Positions 36,408-45,799 of a DNA stretch of 64,000 bases are shown here, one piece after another. The notes under the pieces are model-generated. The model was not told the origin of the DNA, did no database searches, and worked only from the letters and a program-made list of their open reading frames with translations. Position numbers and translations under genes: made by a program. This stretch comes from a virus. Taxonomy: Duplodnaviria; Heunggongvirae; Uroviricota; Caudoviricetes. Position 1 is the stretch's first letter, and each line of letters opens with the position of its first letter. Where the stretch lies: IMG/VR virus record IMGVR_UViG_2645727946_000002; one strand, 5' to 3'.

Positions 36408-37004
36408 ATGACGGGGTGCGACATGGACTGGCTGACATTTGTATCCAAGGTGATCGAGGCCACAGCGTGGCCGCTGGCCGTCCTTATCCTCGTGTTCAAG
36501 TTCAGCGACCGATTCCGCGAGTTGCTCGGCAATTTGACGGAGTTCAATCTCCCCGGGGGAATATCGGGAAAATTCGAAGCGCCGTTGCAAAACGCAGAAC
36601 ATCTAGCAAGGCAATTGGAGCTTACTTTTATCGGCGAAGGGGGCGTCGAATTCACGCCTGACCCGATTGCGCTCAATGCGAACCCGACTGGCGTGATCAT
36701 GGAGGCATGGAAGGAACTCACGTCGGTGGGGGGTGACCTTTTTAAGATGGCTCAAATTCTCGGGAGAGACGCACGGATCGTCAGTGGGAGCATTAGCAAA
36801 GACGTACTACGAGAGCTCGAATCTCGGTGCCTCGTGCCGGACGACGAGATAAAGCTCTTGAGAGAACTTCGCGAGATTCGCAATCGCGCTGCACATTCTG
36901 TTAAGGGCCGACCAACGCCAGATGAGGCCGAGCGATTTGTTTCGATTGTTCGCGCACTTGAGGCTGCTTGGATTGCTCGATTGGCGAGCGCGGAGCCGAG
37001 GTAA
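36408..37004 (+). CDS. membrane-anchored HEPN-like protein (Rx4H motif; DUF4145/Abi-like)
   Basis: N-terminal TM (ATAWPLAVLILVFKF). C-terminal LRELREIRNRAAHSVKG carries the HEPN R-x4-H signature. Lower GC than surroundings. Confidence 0.45.
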   Translation: MTGCDMDWLTFVSKVIEATAWPLAVLILVFKFSDRFRELLGNLTEFNLPGGISGKFEAPLQNAEHLARQLELTFIGEGGVEFTPDPIALNANPTGVIMEAWKELTSVGGDLFKMAQILGRDARIVSGSISKDVLRELESRCLVPDDEIKLLRELREIRNRAAHSVKGRPTPDEAERFVSIVRALEAAWIARLASAEPR

Positions 37005-37500
37005 CTTGTCAAATCGAAAGAGATGGAGAGGATCTGCGAGTCCAGCCTCTGCGAGCGCAATTACAGGGCGCCAGCCCGGTACGACGCACAGAGAAACCAT
37101 ACGCCTCCGATTGTGGTGCCATAGGCGAGGATTATCCCGAAAGCTCGAGCGAGACGCCCGTTCGGCCGAGCGCACGCGGCGAGTAGGTCATTGTCGAAAG
37201 CGACTCTGTTCATGATGGTCTCGTGTCGTCGCAATTACCGACGGTATGCATGGGTCGACGCGGCGAAAGGTTCGATGGACGTATCGGCTGCCGGCTCAAT
37301 GCGCTGCATGGCGCCGGACGGCATGAGCTCGATTGCGTCGAGGCAATGTCCGGCGAAGTAGTTGCGATCATGGCGTTCGATGGCGTCTTGGAGCTTGGCC
37401 CATGTCAGGGTTTCACGGACGTTGTATTCGTGATTTGCATGGATGTGAATCTTCGCGGTCCCCGGTGGGTTTTGATTGCCCGCAGGGCGGGCGCGGTTGG

Positions 37501-37722
37501 TCAGGTGGCGTCCTGATCGATTCGCTTGATGCATGACTTAGCGTCACGGATCGCCTTTTCATGGCGTGCGACGGCTTCCGGATAGTGCTTCATCGTGGGA
37601 TCAGAAGCCGTCAGCGCTACCATTGCGCCGCGAAGCGCATCGACGAGCTCGGTGTAGAAGGGAAGATCCGCAACGTCGGCGACGCGGTTGCAGGCTTCGA
37701 GTACGGTTTGTTTGCCCATCAT
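37501..37722 (-). CDS. hypothetical small protein (73 aa)
   Basis: Tandem ATG with AGGAGA SD 4 nt upstream. Confidence 0.45.
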   Translation of the reverse strand: MMGKQTVLEACNRVADVADLPFYTELVDALRGAMVALTASDPTMKHYPEAVARHEKAIRDAKSCIKRIDQDAT

Positions 37723-37748
37723 CGTTCTCCTGTAGCGGGCGCGGTCGG

Positions 37749-37856
37749 TCAGTGCATGTGGTGCTCGTCGCGGCCGATGTGCTTCATCGCACGCGTAACC
37801 TCGACGACGAGCCAGAGAATCAGCAGGGCCAAAGCCCCAGTCACGAAGTGCTTCAC
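37749..37856 (-). CDS. hydrophobic 35-aa peptide (single TM; possible type-I-toxin-like or small membrane regulator)
   Basis: VKHFVTGALALLILWLVVEVTRAMKHIGRDEHHMH. GTG start 1 nt after the stop of the upstream small ORF. Confidence 0.3.
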   Translation of the reverse strand: MKHFVTGALALLILWLVVEVTRAMKHIGRDEHHMH

Positions 37857-37857
37857 C

Positions 37858-37989
37858 TCAGCAGCCTCCGCGAAGATCTTCGATGCGCTGAGCGATCAGA
37901 TCGCTTGCAACTTCGCGCAACAGGTGCTCGACAAGCGCGCCGCGAGGCAGACGGCGCAGTTCGAGGAGGTTCTTTGCGGCTTGGCTCAC
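37858..37989 (-). CDS. small ORF (43 aa)
   Basis: GTG with AGGAGA SD 5 nt upstream. MSQAAKNLLELRRLPRGALVEHLLREVASDLIAQRIEDLRGGC. Confidence 0.35.
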   Translation of the reverse strand: MSQAAKNLLELRRLPRGALVEHLLREVASDLIAQRIEDLRGGC

Positions 37990-37998
37990 GATCGTCTC

Positions 37999-38274
37999 CT
38001 AGACCTTGAGCCCGATCGACCGTAGAAAGAGGCGTCGGTCGTATTCGAGCTTCAACCGGGCCGTGTGCCGCATTGCATGGGCGCGGCCGATGTTCTCGCT
38101 GTACCGATGAGATAGGCCGAGTACCGCCCACGTCTCACGGCTCGCGTTTGCGCTGACTTCGAGGTCAGCTGCTGCGTTTTCAAGCCACTCGACCGATACG
38201 GTCGGCAGCTTCCGTTTCGATTCCACTGGATCTCCTTTCGAAGAGTCACGATCACGATCCTCGTTTCCCCTCAT
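37999..38274 (-). CDS. hypothetical protein (91 aa), first gene of minus-strand small-ORF cluster
   Basis: ORF ends 10 nt before the SD of the next small ORF. No SD of its own. Confidence 0.3.
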   Translation of the reverse strand: MRGNEDRDRDSSKGDPVESKRKLPTVSVEWLENAAADLEVSANASRETWAVLGLSHRYSENIGRAHAMRHTARLKLEYDRRLFLRSIGLKV

Positions 38275-38825
38275 GATTTAGTAATGCGAATTCAAAACAA
38301 CGATCAAGGCGTAACACCAATCGATCTGCTTCCTTGTCAGTTTTCATGGGATGGGGCCACTGCCGCGACTTCCGGCTTCGCTTTCCCCTCCGAACGACAA
38401 TCCGGCTATCTCGTGAACCGCCATGTGCGTCGCGACCAACTCCGGCGTCCTCTGGCTCCCTCGCCGCGGCCAGACCACGTCCGCATCGGCAGGACCCCAT
38501 CTCATGAAAGCTGAGTGGTGTCGGGCGCTACCCCGTTTCTCGGCTACACCGTTGAGCCGAACGGTTGCTCCCGCTGGGCGGGTCCCGGTGCGCTCCTCAA
38601 TCGAGGGGCGCGCCGAAGCGCGTTAGCGAGATGAATCGGGCATGCGGTGCTCGCGTCTGGTCCAATCCTCGCGGGTTTGCCTTTCCGGGCGCACACGCGA
38701 CGTATCAGCAGGCGAAGCGGTCGATTCTTGGGCCGCTGAAACGTCGCGGCCTGCTGAAGTGTCCCGAAATACTGTAGCTACAAAAATACTTGCAATTGTT
38801 ATTAACCGTAACTACAATAATTTGC

Positions 38826-39095
38826 ATGGACATCACCTTTGACCCGACCAAGAACGAAACGAACATTGCCAAGCATGGAGTGTCGTTGGCGCTTGCAGCG
38901 CAACTCGACTGGTCGGACGTGTTGTCCTACGTGGACGACCGACGCGACTACAGTGAAGTGCGCGAAGTCGGGTTCGGTGTGGTCGGCGATCGCCTCTATT
39001 GCGTGGTGTTCACGCAGCGCGGCGACTCGATGCACATCATCAGCATGCGTAAGGCGAACAAGCGGGAGGTCAAGAGCTATGTCGAGCAAGCGTAA
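38826..39095 (+). CDS. brnT: BrnT toxin (RelE-like ribonuclease, DUF497)
   Basis: MDITFDPTKNETNIAKHGVSLALAAQLDWSD…DRLYCVVFTQRGDSMHIISMRKANKREVKSYVEQA. Confidence 0.8.
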   Translation: MDITFDPTKNETNIAKHGVSLALAAQLDWSDVLSYVDDRRDYSEVREVGFGVVGDRLYCVVFTQRGDSMHIISMRKANKREVKSYVEQA

Positions 39096-39363
39096 GATCG
39101 TCATGCCGACGGACGAGGAAGACGCGGCAATCAACCGCGGCATCGCGGCCGATCCCGACACGTTCGAAGTGCCGGCGGAAGACTTCGCGAAGATGACGCG
39201 GCGAGGCAAGCGTGGCCGTCCGCCGCTCGAAGCGCCCAAGGTGCAATTGACCGTGCGTTATGACGTCGACATTGTCGACGCCTTCAAGGCAACGGGCGAA
39301 GGTTGGCAGACGCGCATGAATGATGCGTTACGCGAGTGGCTGAGGGAACATCAGCCTGCGTAG
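39079..39363 (+). CDS. brnA: BrnA antitoxin (DUF4415)
   Basis: Overlaps brnT by 17 nt. …RGRPPLEAPKVQLTVRYDVDIVDAFKATGEGWQTRMNDALREWL. Confidence 0.75.
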   Translation: MSSKRKIVMPTDEEDAAINRGIAADPDTFEVPAEDFAKMTRRGKRGRPPLEAPKVQLTVRYDVDIVDAFKATGEGWQTRMNDALREWLREHQPA

Positions 39364-39452
39364 CGCTCGTTCGACGACGCGATAAAAAGAGGTTGTAAAC
39401 CGCGCCGCGTTTCGCTATATTGACGACGTCGGGCGCGAGGTGCGCCCAAAGT

Positions 39453-39488
39453 AAGCCCGCTCAGTTTGCTGTGCGGGCTTTTTCTTTG
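39453..39488 (+). terminator. intrinsic terminator after brnTA (aagcccgc…gcgggctt + T-rich tract)
   Basis: Read directly. 8-bp stem, 12-nt loop, tttttcttt tail. Confidence 0.55.
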
Positions 39489-39562
39489 TCGCGTGACTGA
39501 GAGGTTCAAGGTTGACACCGATAGAGCAGCCAGGTGGTTCTGCAAACCAACACCGGGTTGCC

Positions 39563-39598
39563 CGTGAGTTCGAGTCTCACCGTGACGCCACGCTGTAC
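39563..39598 (+). other. tRNA-like 3' fragment (T-arm GTGAGTTCGAGTCTCAC + acceptor + CCA) without 5' half; orphan att remnant
   Basis: …CCCGTGAGTTCGAGTCTCACCGTGACGCCA. No complementary 5' acceptor strand upstream. Confidence 0.4.
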
Positions 39599-39780
39599 AA
39601 TGTTTCGTCGAGCGAATGCGCAGGCTGATGCGCGAAGCTCGGTCGTGCTGGTGCCATCGCAGACCTAGATCGTTAAGACGCCATGCCGTAGATCAGCGCC
39701 GGCCGCTCGACCAAAGCCCGCAAGGTGAAAGCCTCGCGGGCTTTTTCGTTTACGCGCCCAATCCGCAATGAGGTTTCCCT

Positions 39781-40009
39781 ATGCCGATACGTACGATGAA
39801 GCCCTGTAAGCATCGAGGATGCGGTGCACTCGTTGCGGCTGGCAAGTCGTACTGCGCGCAGCACACCCATGAGGCGGTGAAGTGGAAGTCCGACGCGGTG
39901 CGCGGCAATCGTCATGCGCGGGGATACGGAACCGCGTGGGACAAGATCAGGCAGCGCATCTTGCGTCGCGACAGCGGCCTCTGTCAGCCCTGTTTGCAAG
40001 CAGGGCGCG
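39781..40009 (+). pseudogene. phage-type HNH endonuclease, 3'-truncated by IS3 fragment
   Basis: CKHRGCGALVAAGKSYCAQHTH…RGYGTAWDKIRQRILRRDSGLCQPCLQAGRV, then the junction into the transposase fragment at 40010. Confidence 0.6.
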
Positions 40010-40356
40010 TGGGCGTTTAGTCAGCACGCGGACACCGACTTGGCACTAAAGGCATTAAGACGGGCTTACGATCATCGTCGTCCGCCACCAGGCCTGATGT
40101 TCCATTCGGATCAGGGCTGCCAATACACGAGCACGCGCTTTCTCGCCGAGCTGCGCGCCCGTGGCACGATCCAGAGCATGAGTCGGCGCGGCAACTGTTG
40201 GGACAACGCGGTGGTCGAGCGCTTCTTCCGAAGCCTCAAAAATGAATGGATCGGCGACCAGTTGTACGTCGATCACCGCCATGCAGAGCAAGACATCACT
40301 GATTATCTAGTCGATTTTTACAACCATCGTCGCCTTCACTCGGCTGCGAAGGGACT
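40010..40356 (+). mobile_element. IS3-family orfB 3' fragment (347 bp), copy 2 (inverted relative to 34883..35229)
   Basis: Same 347 bp with identical end points in opposite orientation. Identical ORFs 34948..35184(+) and 40055..40291(-) confirm the repeat. Confidence 0.65.
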
Positions 40357-40784
40357 TCGACAGACGTATCGATTTGGTGTTCAAGGCCAGTGAAACCTGT
40401 CAGCGCATCGCGCAGATTGAAGGGGTTGGCCCCAAGACGGCTACCGCCATCGTTGCTGCAGTTTCTGACCCAAAAGACTTCCGGAACGGCCGACACTTTG
40501 CTGCCTGGCTCGGTCTTGTTCCCCGTCAGAGTTCCAGCGGAGACCGAACGCACCTACTCGGCATCAGCAAGCGAGGCGACCGGCATCTACGCACCTTGCT
40601 CATACACGGTGCTCGCGCGGTACTCCGAACCGCACCAACAAAACATGACAAGAAACACGCCTGGGCGCTTGCGTTGAAAGCCAGACGAGGTGCTAATCGA
40701 GCCATTGTTGCGATCGCGAACAAGATGGCTCGCGTAATCTGGTCGATGCTCGCAACCGGCCAGTCGTATCAGAAAGCAGGGTAG
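40357..40784 (+). pseudogene. IS110-family transposase C-terminal fragment (Transposase_20 domain)
   Basis: …IEGVGPKTATAIVAAVSDPKDFRNGRHFAAWLGLVPRQSSSGDRTHLLGISKRGDRHLRTLLIHGA… with no N-terminal DEDD domain. Begins exactly at the end of the IS3 fragment. Confidence 0.6.
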
Positions 40785-40974
40785 CAACTTCACCAACGAT
40801 GCGTTGACGAATTGACGAGTGGCACACCGGTCGATCCGGGCGAGCAGGGAACCTGATTTTTATAACGGCCCTTGAGGTCTTCCAGTTGTTGAGGCCTGCA
40901 CGTGCGGAATTCCAGTTGGGCGCTGGGCGATGCCCTGACGCCGGATATATGTACGCAATCGACTTCCGTGTCCG

Positions 40975-41124
40975 TCAACCTCCGTTTGCTATTGGGAGCA
41001 GTCCATATATGTAAAACGTCGCGTCGCTGATTCCCATCTTGCGGCAGACCTCCGCGACCGGCGTGCCCAGCTCGGCCTGCTTCAACGCATCGGCGATCTG
41101 TTCTTCGGTGAACTTGCTCTTCTT
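40975..41124 (-). pseudogene. IS3-family OrfA N-terminal fragment
   Basis: GTG with AGGAGG SD. MKKSKFTEEQIADALKQAELGTPVAEVCRKMGISDATFY then diverges. Confidence 0.5.
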
Positions 41125-41364
41125 CACGGCATGACCTCCTGGTCTCGATGACAACGTCATGCCGAAATTTTCCACTTCCAAGTGGGACAGTTTTGTGGGC
41201 TAGGGTCAAATGCAATCGAAACGCAACAGAAATCTTTCGGTGATATGTGCGCGATATCTTGGTGAAGGTATGCCGGCGTGACGAGGCGCGCGGTTCGAGC
41301 GACGCCCGTGACAATGCGAGCACGGCCGACTGGTCGTCGCTAGTGTATTGATGGCTTTTCGACA

Positions 41365-42834
41365 GTGACATCCATGCGACGACTCTCCCTGCGCGCCGTG
41401 TCCGCGTGCTTCGCTTCGCTTGCGGCGATCGCAGCGCTCGCAACCGTGAAACACATCGATATGCCCGCCGACCCGGCGAGCGCCACGATCAACGTGCAGG
41501 CCGCGTGGGTCGAGATCGGCGACGCGAACCAGGCGATCGCCCGCGTGATCACGAATTTCATCCCGGCGTCGGCCGGCGATCCGCTGTGCCCACAGCTCGT
41601 CATCGACGGCAAGCTATCGCGGATGACGCTGCGCGTCGCCGCCGGCACCGCCGCGCAACGCCCGACCGCGAGCGACCCCGCCGATTCGAAGCCGTCGAGC
41701 TTCCCCGTGTCCGTCTGCGAAACCACGCTGCCCGCGAACGCCAAGGACGTGAGTGTCGCCTCGCGCGCGTTGCCGCTGCCGAAGGCCGAGCCGCAGCGCG
41801 TCGCGATCGTCGCCGACACCGGCTGCCGGATGAAGAAGGCGGACAACGCGTTCCAGGCGTGCAGCGACGCGACCGTCTGGCCGTTCGCGACGATCGCCGC
41901 GAGCATCGCGAAGCTGAATCCGGATCTCGTGCTGCACGTCGGCGACTATCACTACCGCGAGAACGCGTGCCCGCCCGACATCGCCGGCTGCAGGAACAGC
42001 CCGTGGGGCTACGGCTGGGACGCGTGGCGCGCGGATCTGTTCGAGCCCGCCGCGCCGCTGCTCGCGAAAGCGCCGTGGGTCGTCGTGCGCGGCAACCATG
42101 AGGAATGCGCGCGCGCGGGCCAGGGCTGGTTCCGCTTTCTCGATCCGCACCCGTACAGCGACGCTCGCTCGTGCAACGATCCAGCCAACGACGGCAGCGC
42201 GAACTATTCGGAACCGTATGCGGTATCGCTCGGCAGCGGCTCGCAAGTGATCGTGTTCGATACCGCGAAGGTCGGCCGCGCGGCGCTCAAGACGACCGAC
42301 ACGCAGTTCCAGATCTACCAGAAGCAGTTCGAGACGGTGGCCGCGCTCGCGAGCAAGCCGGGTATGTCGACGACGATCTTCACGAACCATCACCCGATCC
42401 TCGCGTTCACGCCGATCGCGGGCAGCACGCCCGCGCCGGGCAACCTCGCGCTGCAATCGGTGATGTCGAGCCTCAACGCGCAGGCGTACTACCCGCCCGG
42501 CGTGCACGTCGCGCTGCACGGCCACGTGCACGACTTCCAGGCGATCAATTTCGCGTCCGGCCATCCGGCGACGATCGTGTCGGGCAACGGCGGCGACAAC
42601 GTCGACGTCGCGTTGCCCGACCCGTTCCCGGCCGCGCTGACGCCCGCATCCGGCGCGGTCATCGACAAGCTGTCGCACAACAACAGCTTCGGTTTCCTGA
42701 TGATGGAACGCCGCCCCGCGCCGGCGACGGGCTGGGTTTTTCGCGCGTACTCGGCCGCCGGCAAGCTGCTTGCATCGTGCATGCAGGCCGGCACGACGCT
42801 CGCGTGCGACAAGACGGGGTTCATCGCGCCGTGA
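41365..42834 (+). CDS. secreted metallophosphoesterase (calcineurin-like)
   Basis: Signal peptide. Motifs VADTGC…GDYHY…GNHE…GHVHD. Confidence 0.8.
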   Translation: MTSMRRLSLRAVSACFASLAAIAALATVKHIDMPADPASATINVQAAWVEIGDANQAIARVITNFIPASAGDPLCPQLVIDGKLSRMTLRVAAGTAAQRPTASDPADSKPSSFPVSVCETTLPANAKDVSVASRALPLPKAEPQRVAIVADTGCRMKKADNAFQACSDATVWPFATIAASIAKLNPDLVLHVGDYHYRENACPPDIAGCRNSPWGYGWDAWRADLFEPAAPLLAKAPWVVVRGNHEECARAGQGWFRFLDPHPYSDARSCNDPANDGSANYSEPYAVSLGSGSQVIVFDTAKVGRAALKTTDTQFQIYQKQFETVAALASKPGMSTTIFTNHHPILAFTPIAGSTPAPGNLALQSVMSSLNAQAYYPPGVHVALHGHVHDFQAINFASGHPATIVSGNGGDNVDVALPDPFPAALTPASGAVIDKLSHNNSFGFLMMERRPAPATGWVFRAYSAAGKLLASCMQAGTTLACDKTGFIAP

Positions 42835-42884
42835 GCACGGGTTCAATTGACCGCCGTGCGCTGCGCGCGCATCGCGTACGCGGG

Positions 42885-44255
42885 GTGTCGCGCGCCGGCC
42901 GCGCGCGCCGTGTCACCGCCCTTGCTCTCGCACTCGCGGCGCTTGCCGGTGCCGCCTCGCTCGCGGTATGTGCCGCGCCCGCCAGCACCACCATGCTGCT
43001 GCCCGGCGCGCCGCCCGCGCGCGTGGTCGATACGATCGGCAACGGCACGCCGCAGGTCTCGTCCAAGATCGATGCGTCCGCCGCGCGCTTCGTGCCGGAC
43101 CCCACGCTCGTCGCGCTCGGACGCCGCATCTTCTTCGACACGCGCCTGTCCGAGCCGCGGGGGATGTCGTGCGCCGGCTGCCACGATCCCGGCCGCGCGT
43201 TTGCGCCGACGCTGTCCGCGGCCGCGCTCGCGGGCCCCGGCGTGCCGGAAGGCAGCCGGCCGGGACGCTTCAGCCGGCGCAACGCGCCGTCGCTGCTCTA
43301 CGTGCGCTACGTGCCGCGCCGCCACTTCTACCAGGACGACGACGCGCCCGCACCGTCGCCGTTCGGCGGCCTGTTCAGCGATGGCCGCGCGGACACACTC
43401 GCCGAGCAGATCCGCGGGCCGCTGTTCGACCCGAACGAGATGAACAACCGGTCGCCCGCCGCGCTGCTGCGCAAGGTCGACGCGACCGAACTCGCACCGG
43501 CGCTCGCCGCGCGCTTCGGCGACGGCGTGCGGCTCGACCCCGCACAGCTCGTGCGCGCGCTCGGCGCTTCGGTCGAGGCGTACCTGCAGAGCGACGAGAT
43601 GGCGCCGTTCACATCGCGCTTCGACGCGTACCTGCGCCAGCGCACGCCGCTTGACGCACAGCAGATGCGCGGCCTCGCGCTGTTCAAGAATCCCGACAAA
43701 GGCAACTGCATGAGCTGCCACACGTTGTCGGATACGTCGAGCCGCCCGGAACGGTCGCTGTTCACCGATTTCGGTTACGACGCGATCGCCGTGCCGCGCA
43801 ACCGCGCGCTGCCGGCCAATCGCGACCCGCGCCATTTCGACAACGGGCTGTGCGACACCGCGCGCCGGCTGCGCTGGCCCGAACCCGGCCAGTGGTGCGG
43901 CTACCTGCGCACGCCGAGCCTGCGCAACGTCGCGCTCAAGCAGACCTTCATGCACAACGGCGTGTTCACGTCGCTGCGCGACGCGGTGGCGTTCTACAAC
44001 ACGCGCTCGACCGATCCACGCCACTGGTATCACGGCGCCGCGACGTTCGACGACGTGCCGCCCGCGTACCGCGGCAACATCAACGTCAACTCGACGCCGA
44101 TGAATCGCCGCCCCGGCACGCCGCCCGCGCTGACCGAAGCGGAAATCGACGACCTCGTCGCGTTCCTCGGCACGCTGACCGACGCACGCTATGCCGCCGG
44201 CGTCCCCCCTCATTTAAAGATTCATGATTCGCAAGCCTTTACGATTGCCCCATAA
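42885..44255 (+). CDS. di-haem cytochrome c peroxidase family protein
   Basis: Two CxxCH haem motifs (CAGCH, CMSCH). Signal peptide after GTG 42885. The frame is also open from GTG 42831, which overlaps the upstream stop. Confidence 0.85.
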   Translation: MSRAGRARRVTALALALAALAGAASLAVCAAPASTTMLLPGAPPARVVDTIGNGTPQVSSKIDASAARFVPDPTLVALGRRIFFDTRLSEPRGMSCAGCHDPGRAFAPTLSAAALAGPGVPEGSRPGRFSRRNAPSLLYVRYVPRRHFYQDDDAPAPSPFGGLFSDGRADTLAEQIRGPLFDPNEMNNRSPAALLRKVDATELAPALAARFGDGVRLDPAQLVRALGASVEAYLQSDEMAPFTSRFDAYLRQRTPLDAQQMRGLALFKNPDKGNCMSCHTLSDTSSRPERSLFTDFGYDAIAVPRNRALPANRDPRHFDNGLCDTARRLRWPEPGQWCGYLRTPSLRNVALKQTFMHNGVFTSLRDAVAFYNTRSTDPRHWYHGAATFDDVPPAYRGNINVNSTPMNRRPGTPPALTEAEIDDLVAFLGTLTDARYAAGVPPHLKIHDSQAFTIAP

Positions 44256-44411
44256 CACTCAAGTACGATCTCAAGAAGCCGTAATCAGCACAATCTTCGA
44301 TCCCTACATCCATGGAAATCATCAAACAATTTTGATTTAAAATTTAAATCCTATGGTGTTTTATGAATTTCTCAATAAACATCATTTGCAACAATTTTTA
44401 TAGGTTACGAC

Positions 44412-45344
44412 ATGGGCCAAGAATTGAAAACTCGTAATATTTTCTGGCGAATTGTATTGCTGGGAATCGTATCGCTGTCGATGGTAACCATGACGTCAAA
44501 TGTTTGTGTGGCCGCACCTGGATTTCCCGCCATTGTAGCTCACCGCGGCGGGACGGGGGACGCGCCGGAAAATACGGTATACGCGATCAGTAAGGCACTG
44601 CAAAATAGTGCGGATGCCGTATGGATTACGTTGCAACTCTCGTCGGATGGTGTCCCGGTGTTGTATCGACCGACCGATCTGAAAGTGCTAACTAGTGGAT
44701 CCGGGCCGATTTCCGCCTTAAGTGCTGCCCAATTGGCACGGCTTGATGCAGCATACTATTATAATCCTAAGGACGGGTATCCGCTCCGAGGGAAGGGATA
44801 TGGAATTCCTTCTTTGGAAGAGGTTCTCAAAACCTTTAAAGATACCTTCTTCTACCTGGATATTAAATCACCGGATGCTGATCCGAATCGGATGGCCACT
44901 GCGTTAAGCCAGGTTCTCGAACGAACTGGGGCTCTTTCACGCGTACGTATTTATTCCACAGAAGCAAAATATACGGCCGCAGTGCAGGCGATGCCGCACT
45001 TCGAGACACGGGACGAAACGCGTACGGCTTTGGCGAACGTTACGATGAATCATACTTGTCAACTCAGTCCTAAATCTGGGAGTTGGTATGGATATGAGCT
45101 GCGACGCGACGTAACGCTGATCGAGGAGACCACTCTCGGAGTGAGCCCGCCGTCCCCATCTCGACTGGTTTGGAATCTTGAGGCTAAGACCTGCTTCATC
45201 GACACGGGAAAGGGGAGCGTCCTCCTGATTGGAGTTAATTCCGCTGACGATTACGCAACAGCAGCTTCATTGGGAGCCGCCGCCGTCCTTGTTGATTCCC
45301 CAGCGCAAGCGCGACATTGGCCAACACAGGTTAGTCTGCCCTGA
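44412..45344 (+). CDS. glycerophosphodiester phosphodiesterase family protein (secreted)
   Basis: IVAHRGGTGDAPENT…SSDGVPVLYRPTD GDPD signature. Signal peptide. AT-rich gene and promoter region. Confidence 0.8.
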   Translation: MGQELKTRNIFWRIVLLGIVSLSMVTMTSNVCVAAPGFPAIVAHRGGTGDAPENTVYAISKALQNSADAVWITLQLSSDGVPVLYRPTDLKVLTSGSGPISALSAAQLARLDAAYYYNPKDGYPLRGKGYGIPSLEEVLKTFKDTFFYLDIKSPDADPNRMATALSQVLERTGALSRVRIYSTEAKYTAAVQAMPHFETRDETRTALANVTMNHTCQLSPKSGSWYGYELRRDVTLIEETTLGVSPPSPSRLVWNLEAKTCFIDTGKGSVLLIGVNSADDYATAASLGAAAVLVDSPAQARHWPTQVSLP

Positions 45345-45478
45345 ACAATGAGGCCGGCCGGAAAAATGGAAGCCAACGTTTCGTAAAATCGAGAAACGGA
45401 GGCATGCATGAATCGAATTCCAAGAGCGGTCTATACGAAGGAGCTACGCTGTCGGGCGCAAAGTAATAATGAGCCACT

Positions 45479-45799
45479 TTGTGCGAAGTAAATCTGAGCC
45501 ACCTTTCAGTGCAGTCAACCTTTTGCGCGCAAAGGCCGGCGATGCTCCAGAAGGAACAGTGGATGCAAATCCATGTGCTCAAAGCCCAAGGCGTATCGGA
45601 GGGAGCGCGAGATCACGCGGCGCCTGGGCATTTCTCGCAACACGGGGGGCGCGGTACCTGTCGGCCGAGGAAGTGCCGCGCTACAAACCGCGTGAACCGC
45701 GACCAACCAGGCTCGGAGCGTTCGAGGCGTACATCCGGCGTCTGATCCGCGAGACTCGAATGGAGCCGTTTGCGGTTATACAGATCGATGTATTCGCCG
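45479..45799 (+). pseudogene. IS21-family IstA N-terminal fragment, frameshifted
   Basis: MLQKEQWMQIHVLKAQGVS… then continues in another frame as …REITRRLGISRNTGG…RYLSAEEVPRYKPREPRPTRLGAFEAYIRRLIRE. Confidence 0.5.

Noticed and set aside
37223-37516. 97-aa plus-strand ORF opposite the minus-strand small-ORF cluster
   Set aside because: Cys/Gly/Arg-rich composition untypical of proteins. The minus-strand frame gives a more protein-like sequence.
40790-41443. 217-aa minus-strand ORF
   Set aside because: Spans IS debris and the phosphoesterase promoter region. It only contains the short IS3 orfA stub in a different frame.
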